Below, one piece after another: positions 55,451-64,000 of a stretch of 64,000 nucleotides of DNA; position 1 is the first letter of the stretch; each line of letters opens with the position of its first letter. The position numbers and the translations under genes are program-made. The notes beneath the pieces were generated by a model. It did not search any database. It saw nothing but the letters and a program-made list of their open reading frames with translations, and was not told the origin of the DNA. Origin of the DNA: Octopus sinensis. Taxonomy: Eukaryota. The DNA lies in assembly GCF_006345805.1 (NCBI RefSeq), contig NC_042997.1, positions 179,738,001 through 179,802,000 of the forward strand, written 5' to 3'.

Positions 55451-55547
55451 GAGACAGAGACAGAGAGAGTTAAGCCTTGTAACATATTTCCTTGTTCCAG
55501 TAGTACAATCCAATATCTAGTTGTTATAGTTGTATTTAGGTAAGGCA

Positions 55548-56795
55548 TCAGGTAATCCCATAAGTTCTGTCCGATTTTACCTTTTTTAAAAATTGAATAA
55601 AATTTAATAGTATTTTAGAATGTCTAATGGTATTAAAAATTATTTTTATGCATTTCTGTACATTTAAACTAATTAAATATTATTTTACAGAATAATAGAA
55701 TTAAACTTTTTTTTTATTAAAATACTTTCTGACATGGAAGTATCCAAAGAGCATTTGAGGCACATAATACTTTATGAGTATAAAAAAGGAAACTCTGCAG
55801 CCGAAGCCACTTGAAACATACACTCAGTTTATAGGAAAGAATGTATGAAAGAACTTGCAGATGGTTTGCAAAATTCAAAGATTAAGATCAAACAGGACGT
55901 ACAGTAGAGTGTGATGATAAGCTCCTTGAGGCATTACTTGAAAAAAATCCTGCATTATCAGTTGAAGGATTGGAAATAAAGCTTAGTTCAAACAGTCCAT
56001 CGTCATCTTCAACAACTTGGAAGGGTTCCTAAACTTGGAAAATGGGTGCCTGGTGAATTGTGCGAAAGCAACTGCAAATCCCGAGTTGACATCTGCTCTT
56101 CTCACCATTCTCGCGAACTTATTTCACCCTTTTTAGATAGACTTGTGACTGGTGACGAAAAATGGATCTTCTATCGAAATGTTAAACGTCGTAAGCAGTG
56201 ACTTGGTGAAAGGGAAAAAGCTCAACCACAACCGAGAAGGGAACTTCATGGGAAAAAATTTCTTCTCTCTGTCTGGTGGGATTACAAAGGAGTAATTCAC
56301 CTGAATTGTTACCACCTAATGCAACAATAAATGCTCAAGTCTACTGTCAGCAATTAGAGCGTTTGAACCAAGCTTTGAAGAAAAAAAGACCCGCATCAGT
56401 GAATCGAAAAGGAGTGATGTTTCATCAGGACAATGCGCGACCCCACACTGCAAAGATCACATCACAGAAGATCGAAGAGCTTGGTTGGGAAAAATTCCTC
56501 ATCCACTTTATTCTCCCGACCTTGTTTCTTCAGACTACCATTTGTTTCGTAGTTTACAGAATCATTGGGAGGAGATAACTTTCGCAAGCCAGGAGGAGGT
56601 CGAAACTGACATTTCGGAGTTCGCTTTGAAACCAAAAGAGTTTTACATTGATGGGATTGAAAAGCTTGTAAATAGATGGAAGGAAGTCATAGATAATCAG
56701 GGAAAGTACATTGATGATTAAATTTCTATTAAACAAACATTTGATCACTTGTTTTCTTTATTCAAAATTCGAACAGAACTTATGGGATGACCTGA
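55548..56795 (+). mobile_element. Full-length decayed mariner transposon
   Basis: TIRs TCAGGTAATCCCATAAGTTCTGT / ACAGAACTTATGGGATGACCTGA. TA at the right end, CA at the left. Confidence 0.93.
55734..56721 (+). pseudogene. Mariner DD34D-type transposase pseudogene
   Basis: MEVSKEHLRH, WVP, VTGDEKW, FHQDNARPH, YSPDLVSSDYHLFRSL, with frameshifts and stops. Confidence 0.93.
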
Positions 56796-57383
56796 TACAT
56801 ATCACAATTGAAAATTCGAGAAATATTGTTCACAAGAGTTACTATATCTCAAAACAGGGAATTGGTAAAATTTGTGAGGTATCATGAAGCACAAGCTTCA
56901 TTTGCTAATAGGTATTACGATGTCGTATCAGCTAGATAAACGTGTAAGAAATTTCCCATTAGAAACTTTAGAGACAGAGAATCATAAAATACAAAATAGT
57001 TGGCTTTTATATGGAAATCTATGAACCATATGTACAGCTGTTCTAGAAACAGTTATTCTAGAAACTGCTATAAGAGACTCTATGCATGAATTCTTACTTA
57101 TTTACTGTAACAAATCTACAATTACTTTAAAATTATTAATTACTCTTACTCTAAGATGATACCACATGTCTAGCTTGTTCATTCTTTCTTTCTAATATAT
57201 ATCTATCTGCTCAATGATGAACCACTTATAGTCCATCATTGCAACAACAGTACTTTGGCTTTAGTCGCAGTTCCAGTCGCAGTTTTAGTGGTAAACCAAC
57301 CTGTGCATTATGCCTAATACATTACGTCATTAGACGCAATTTTATCTGTACACACACACACGCACTCACACACACAAACATAT

Positions 57384-57640
57384 ACATTATTTACGTTTGA
57401 CAGACATTTGTCCTCATCTTGTTTGTTGTTAACACAACGTGTCGGCTGATATACCGTCCAGCATTCGTCAGGTGTCTTAGGGAAATTTCGAACCTGGGTT
57501 CTCATTCCTAAGGTATTTTTCGATGCTGTTGTTGTTGTGTTGTTGTTGTTGATATTATTATTATTATTCAGGTTACTACTTAAAATCGAAATCGGAATAT
57601 TGGGGTTAATAGCCCACGCGCTTAACCACTAAGCCATATG
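57384..57640 (-). mobile_element. tRNA-headed SINE-like element with hammerhead motif (left arm of inverted pair)
   Basis: Reverse complement: TGGCTTAGTGGTTAAG head, (AAT)/(AAC) spacer, ACAC CTGACGA ATGCTG..CAGCC GACA CGTT GTGT at 57432-57475. Confidence 0.75.
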
Positions 57641-57649
57641 TCCGTGTGT

Positions 57650-57709
57650 GTAGTGGTTAAGAGCACAGGCTACTAACCCCAAGATTCCGAGTTCGATTCC
57701 AAGCAGTGA

Positions 57710-57771
<62 letters not shown>

Positions 57772-58005
57772 TAATAATAATAAATATAATAATGATAATA
57801 ATAATAATAACAACAACAACAACATCGAAAATTACCTTAGGAATGAGAACCCATGTTCGAAATTTCCCCCAAGACACCTCATGAAGTCTGGAGGGTATAT
57901 CAGCCGAAACTTTGTTTTAACAACAAACAAGATGAGGACAAATATCCGTCAAATGTAAATAATGTAAATAATGTAAATAATTCCTCATCTCTTAAATATA
58001 GAACT
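57650..58005 (+). mobile_element. tRNA-headed SINE-like element with hammerhead motif (right arm of inverted pair)
   Basis: TAGTGGTTAAG...GAGTTCGATTCC head, (AAT)n, ACAC CTCATGA AGTCTG..CAGCC GAAA CTTT GTTT at 57874-57917, (atgtaaata)x3 tail. Confidence 0.75.
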
Positions 58006-58760
58006 GTTTTAACCCTATAACTCCTTCTTCTCTCTTTCTTTCACCCTCTTTTGCTTCCTTCCTCTCTATTTCTCTCTCTCTTTCTCTCTCACTCCTCCTC
58101 ATCTCTCTCACAGCCGGTCTACGAACTTCCTTTCTCCGGTAGCCTTGTTCAAGTAAACATGTATCTTCCTGCGCTCGTTAAATTTTTTTTTTCCTCGTCT
58201 AGGTTTATAGGCCCTCTTTATTTGTTTTCCTGTCTTGTTTCTATTCCTTCTTGTACTGTATTTTTTGTAATTGTATTTTATTTTGTATTTGTTTTTAATT
58301 GTATTGTTTTTACGTCCTGTTTTTGTCACATTTTTTTCCTTGTTTTTACCCCTCTGCAAAAGAATTTTATTTAATTCTTTCGCAGGAAGGACTAGTTCGA
58401 CGAGACGTGTTCTGGCCTCACCTTCGAAACACGCTGGAGTTGAACTAGAGACAGCTGATGAAGGGGATTTTTCCTCGTGTAGTTGTCTTATACTCTGTTT
58501 TTTCGTTGTTAAAAAAATGGTCCGTTCCATGCTGTTTTTACGTTTTCGTTTCTCGTTGAGTTCTACGTCTATTTGTGGTGTCATATACACACGTATATAT
58601 ATTTATATATGCATGTATATATACATGTAGATGTAGGTACGTACATATATGTTTGTATGTATGCATATATTTTATTTATTACACAATTGTATGACGAGCT
58701 CCTTCGCGTCGATTCCATTCGATTCGTTTGGTGGTTTCGTTTCTTCTTCTTCTCTAAGCT

Positions 58761-59175
<415 letters not shown>

Positions 59176-59179
59176 TATA

Positions 59180-59218
<39 letters not shown>

Positions 59219-59706
59219 GTTCCTGGTAATTGCTTCAGCTTGTCAGACAATAGACCTTCATTATTCATTGTTTAGCGAAAATGGACAAGATTAGCTGATG
59301 AGACATCTGTACTTCATCCTGTGACATACGCTTGTATAACACTTATGTTACTCTGTTAGTGTTTCTAATTAAATATCCTGTGACAAACAAATCAAGTTGG
59401 CTAGAAAATATTAGCAACCGGTTTTATACCAGGAGAAATTTTTCTGCTTTTTCCAATAACAGAATGTTCGCAAAATGTTTTACTATATCTCCAGATACAA
59501 TCACGGGTGTCTCTATCCACCTGCACGAAAAATATAAAACAGTGTACATTTAAACATAAGAGAAACTACCTTTAACAGGTAATTTTACACGCTAGAAGAA
59601 GCAGTCAAAAAACGACCAAAACGACATTTAAGAACAATTTCGAAGGGAATGAAAAATAAAAAACTTTTACCTCGTTATTTTTTTACGGTTATATCTAGGT
59701 TTCGAA

Positions 59707-59771
<65 letters not shown>

Positions 59772-59775
<4 letters not shown>

Positions 59776-59939
59776 CGGCCTTATTTCAATTTCCGTTTAC
59801 CAAATCCACTCACAAGGCTTCCATCGGTCCGAGGCTGTATTAGAGGAGACACTCGCCCAAGGTGCCACGCAGTGGGACTGAACCCAGAACCATGTGGTTG
59901 GGAAGCAAGCTTCTTGCCACACAGCCACTCCTGCTCCTA
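59772..59939 (-). mobile_element. 5' half of SINE family A
   Basis: acgacggc...caaatccactcacaaggc...cacagccactcctg. Confidence 0.85.
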
Positions 59940-60733
59940 TGCATATAAATTATAGCCAGCACTGATTTTTTACGATGTTTCGTACCCGACACGTTAGATG
60001 TAAACAAACAATGAGACTGAAGATGAAAAAATAGATAATGGACGTATATGTAATATTTCGTGAGCTTTTGCTCATTCAATAGTGCCCATCAAATCTGCGA
60101 ATCATCCACGAAGTCAGTGCTGAGATATCCCCTACATATAGCAGTGTAACGTTATTGGATATAGCAATTTACATATTAAACACATTCCTGGAAATTTGTA
60201 CGTAAAATATTAATGACTTGCAGACACAGAGTATTTAAGTGATTTAAGAGCAGTGCTAACACAGTAGTACACGGTATTCACTTATAAGGCATTTTAATAT
60301 ACTGCGTAACATATTATGGTTGCATTACGAAATACCGTGTGGCTACAAATCCTTAATCTAGAGATGACAGCTGCAATCTATCAAAGGTACTTTCAGAATA
60401 TACAGAACATTCTATAAATTCAGAATTTAATAAAGTCTACATATGCAACAACATCCATATATTGTGCATGCATATACGTTTTTATACGTTCGTTGCTACA
60501 TGTTATTAACTGTGTTGTTTCTTTAAATTTTTTTACATCGTTGACGTGATGCTAGTGTTTTTCTCTTATTGCTATGTATGAAGTAGCATGGTTTACATAT
60601 ACTTTAGTGTGTGTATGTGTGTGTGTTTGTGTGTGTGTGTGAGTGTGCGTGCAGGAGTGTTTGTGAAGAAACATTTTGTGTTCAGTATAAATTTATAAAT
60701 TTTAGAGTAAAGCTTTAAATCCGTTCGGGTTTA

Positions 60734-61109
60734 TAGAAATATCATTATTTCTAATTCTCTCTAAAGGAGACTACGGCAGCGGTACTAGAAATTAATAGTT
60801 ATCGCCAAGCTAACATGGCAGTCCAGAAAAATAGGACGAAATAATCCTTCGAATAGTCGGTCAGCAGCGACACCTGCTGGGTTCGACTACTCCACATTGA
60901 TAAGAAACAAACACCCCGAAACTACTCTGTGGATGCCAGACAAGCAAGTGGGTGGGGGGAGCTGTTGACCTCCCCTGTTCGAAGGTTATAATAGACACAA
61001 GTTTGTGTGTCACATAGCTAGAAACGATGGCCTCTTGGAGCTAATCAACGGCAGCATTCGTCCTATTTTTCTGGACTGCCATGTTAGCTTGGCGATAACT
61101 ATTAATATA
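60734..61109 (+). mobile_element. Structured element with ~50-bp internal inverted repeat, decayed hammerhead and 12-bp TSD
   Basis: cgttcgggttta at 60722-60733 and 61110-61121. 60791-60840 is inverted at 61057-61106. CCACA TTGATAA..C GAAA CTACTC TGTGG at 60892-60932. Confidence 0.75.
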
Positions 61110-61199
61110 CGTTCGGGTTTAGTTTTCTGTATTGCATTTGATAATCTATTTTACTTTTCTCACATAATCTGAATTTAATATTTAATGTCAAAACAGCGG

Positions 61200-62110
61200 C
61201 ATTTCGCCTATAAAATATATAAGTACCAGTTGATCACATGAGTCGATGTAATCAGATAACGCCATTCATCGAAATATTATTGTTTGAAACGCGGCGGCGT
61301 ACTGGTAGATTCGTTAGCACGCTGCACACAATGCCCACTGCATTTCGTCCGTCTTTACAGTCCGAGTGTGGAGGCGCAATGGCCCAGTGATTATGGCAGC
61401 GGACTCCCGGTCGTAGGAACGCGGTTTCGATTCCCAGACCGGGCGTTGTGAGTGTTTATTCAGCGAAAACACCCAAAGCTCCACGAGGCTCCGGCAGGGG
61501 ATGGTGGTGATCCCTGCTGTACTCTTTCACCACAACTTTCTCTCACTCTTACTTCCTGTTTCTGTTGTACCTGTATTTCAAAGGGCCGGCCTTGTCACTC
61601 TCTGTGTCACGCTGAATATCCCCGAGAACTACGTTAAGGGTACACGTGTCTGTGGAGTGCTCAGCCACTTACACGTTAATTTCACGAGCAGGCTGTTCCG
61701 TTGATCGGATCAACCGGAACCCTCGTCGTCGTAACCGACGGAGTGCTTCCACACAGTCCGAGTTAAAATTCTGCCGTGTTTGACTTCGCCTTTCATCCTT
61801 GCGGCGTCGACAAACTGGTACCTGGGGTCGATGTAATCGACTTATACCCTCTCCTAAAATGACTAACCCTGTGTTAAAATTTGAAAGCAATTTTATTGTT
61901 TGAAACGAGGCGGTGTGCTGGCAGATTCTTTAGCACGCCGCACAAAATGCCTAGTAGATTTTCTGTTTCAAATCCCGCCGTAGAAGATTTTGCCTTTCAA
62001 TCACTCAGGGTCGATAAAATAAGTACAAGTTGAGTTCGGGAGTTTATTTAATCCACTTACGCACCTTCCATGAAATTGTTGGCCTTGTGCCAACATTTGA
62101 AACCAGTATT
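61200..62110 (+). mobile_element. Tandem old SINE family B monomers hosting a family C insertion
   Basis: Repeated ttattgtttgaaacg.ggcgg.gt.ctgg.agatt..ttagcacgc and family B cores. Confidence 0.7.
61368..61752 (+). mobile_element. Full-length SINE family C with 11-bp TSD
   Basis: acagtccgagt at 61357-61367 and 61753-61763. tRNA-like head tggcccagtg...gtttcgattccc. Confidence 0.92.
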
Positions 62111-62634
62111 TAATGTAAAATTTCATGATTGATGATTGGTTTTCTATATTGTAATTTCTATTTCATTTCACTATATTGTAGTGGAAATATCAGTTGCCTT
62201 CTATCCTTTTGGTGCACCTCATCGATAATAATACTTAGACCATTACAAAGTGTACATCAAAACTAAATTTTTCAAAGCAAAACGCTTACCTGTTTGCATA
62301 AAATTCTCTTGTGAAGAATATCTTTTAAATATTACTGAAAGCACGCAGTTTATTGGAATAAGTTATTTACGTTCGTACCTCTTAATTCACTTACTTTTTC
62401 CTATGAACCCATGATTTAGACGTAAAGTGAAGCACCTTATCTTCGACTTTAATTTTTCAATGTTCTATACTGATTAAATCAAAGCGATATCGAAGCAGGC
62501 TTCAATAGATGATATGGAAAAAAAAAAAAAAAAACAGAAAAGAAAACAAACTATAGAGAATGCTGCATTTAAACAATATTTGAACATGTACAGTATTTCC
62601 TTTTTGCACTATACTGACATGGCTGATAAGTAAA

Positions 62635-62760
62635 AAAGTTTCATTCGTGTCCACGAGGTTTCGGGTTCTTTTGCACCTTGGGTAAATATCTACTGCGATA
62701 GCCTTCGGGCAAACAATGTCTTGTTAGTAAGTTTGGAAGAGGAAACTATGTGGAGGCCCT
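62635..62760 (+). mobile_element. Degenerate SINE family A head
   Basis: gcaccttgggtaaat.tctactgcgatagcc...tttggaagaggaaact. Confidence 0.5.
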
Positions 62761-62777
62761 TAAACTATGTATATATA

Positions 62778-62870
<93 letters not shown>

Positions 62871-62892
62871 TATATATATATATTATAAATAT

Positions 62893-62925
<33 letters not shown>

Positions 62926-62932
62926 AAATATC

Positions 62933-62966
<34 letters not shown>

Positions 62967-63280
62967 AATATATATAGTATAGACATATACACACCTCACT
63001 TCGTCTTTTGGTTTTGTTTGTTTTTTATAAATTCCAACTATATGTATATATGTGTATGTGTGTGTAATATTTGGGACTAATGAGTATATGTCAGTTAGTG
63101 TACTGATATGTTGAGTAAAGCACTGGCACGACTTTGGTTACCTGGTGTCATCTGCTGTTCTATGTTTCTATTGGATCTACTTCAAGAATTCCGCAGTGCT
63201 AGTTGAGATAATAATCGATTAAGTAACAGATGGAATTGGTATAACTCTTTATACCAATTCCATTTTCCGTTTACTTAATG

Positions 63281-63325
<45 letters not shown>

Positions 63326-63333
63326 ATACATGA

Positions 63334-63369
<36 letters not shown>

Positions 63370-63444
63370 ACATACATGCATATATACATATATATATATA
63401 TATATACATATATATATACACACACACACACACACACTCACACA

Positions 63445-63655
63445 CACGCGTGGATGCTGAAAAGTTTCTAGCTCTCGGTTAATGTAAAACAGGAGAATTA
63501 GCTAATTATGATTTTCATCATATTCTCCTCTCAGATACACACAATTATTGCAGCGGTCCTTCAGTTTTTACCAAGCCCTATAAAAGAACTCAGATAATCA
63601 TACCTCCAAACTGGCCTTTCGCGTCACCATTAAAGCCAAAAACTCTCAGTGTTAT
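63445..63655. mobile_element. Degenerate mariner-type MITE
   Basis: gctgaaaagtttctagct at the left end and aaagccaaaactctcagt at the right end are loosely complementary. Confidence 0.4.
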
Positions 63656-64000
63656 TGAGACTGAAGTCTTACTACTTCATAAATGTTAGCTTGGATCAGC
63701 AAAAGCTGCGAGAGAATAAGTACTAGATATAAAACATTAGGTACCAGTGTCAATCCAATCGAGTAGATTCTGCAAAATAATGTCCCTAGAATGGTTTCTC
63801 TCTGATGACAGGGAGAAGTAACAAAATTAAATAGTTCAGCTGACGAAAGGAAAAAATTAAATCATTTACAGTGAATTTTTTTATTACTGGTTAACATGAT
63901 ATAAACCTTTTGGTAGATTCGAATAGTTAAATGCTTATCTGATCAATACATGATTGTATCTACCCTGCAAGAACATGAAAAGAAACTAAACTATTCATAT

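Noticed and set aside
57650-57705. tRNA gene
   Set aside because: No acceptor stem, and it is embedded in a repeated element; it is a SINE head, as at 58.87 and 61.37 kb.
60960-61056. HDV-like ribozyme (ctgttga...gctaa tcaacgg) or U2 snRNA fragment
   Set aside because: P1 and L3 cannot be built with canonical lengths; the U2 similarity is short and gapped.

Overview
AT-rich eukaryotic, non-coding DNA dominated by microsatellites and transposon relics. The SINE families and repeat landscape resemble an octopus (coleoid cephalopod) genome; this is an inference from recalled repeat sequences, not a search. No intact host gene is recognisable, and nearly all long ORFs in the track are microsatellite translations. 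Supportable content: decayed DNA transposons (hAT, full-length Tc1, full-length mariner, a mariner 5' end, MITE-like elements); decayed non-LTR retroelements (Penelope-like, R4/Dong-like, RTE, one unclassified LINE); a probable solo LTR; three tRNA-derived SINE families, several nested with clear TSDs; and tandem or inverted duplications. The most striking signal is a set of distinct short elements carrying minimal type-I hammerhead ribozyme motifs. One motif is fully intact (16997-17041, minus), with a decayed relative inside a TSD-flanked insertion (60.9 kb). Two have unusually long helix II (14.7 kb, 38.9 kb). A head-to-head pair of tRNA-headed SINE-like elements each carries one (57.4-58.0 kb). 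All alignments and folds were done by eye.
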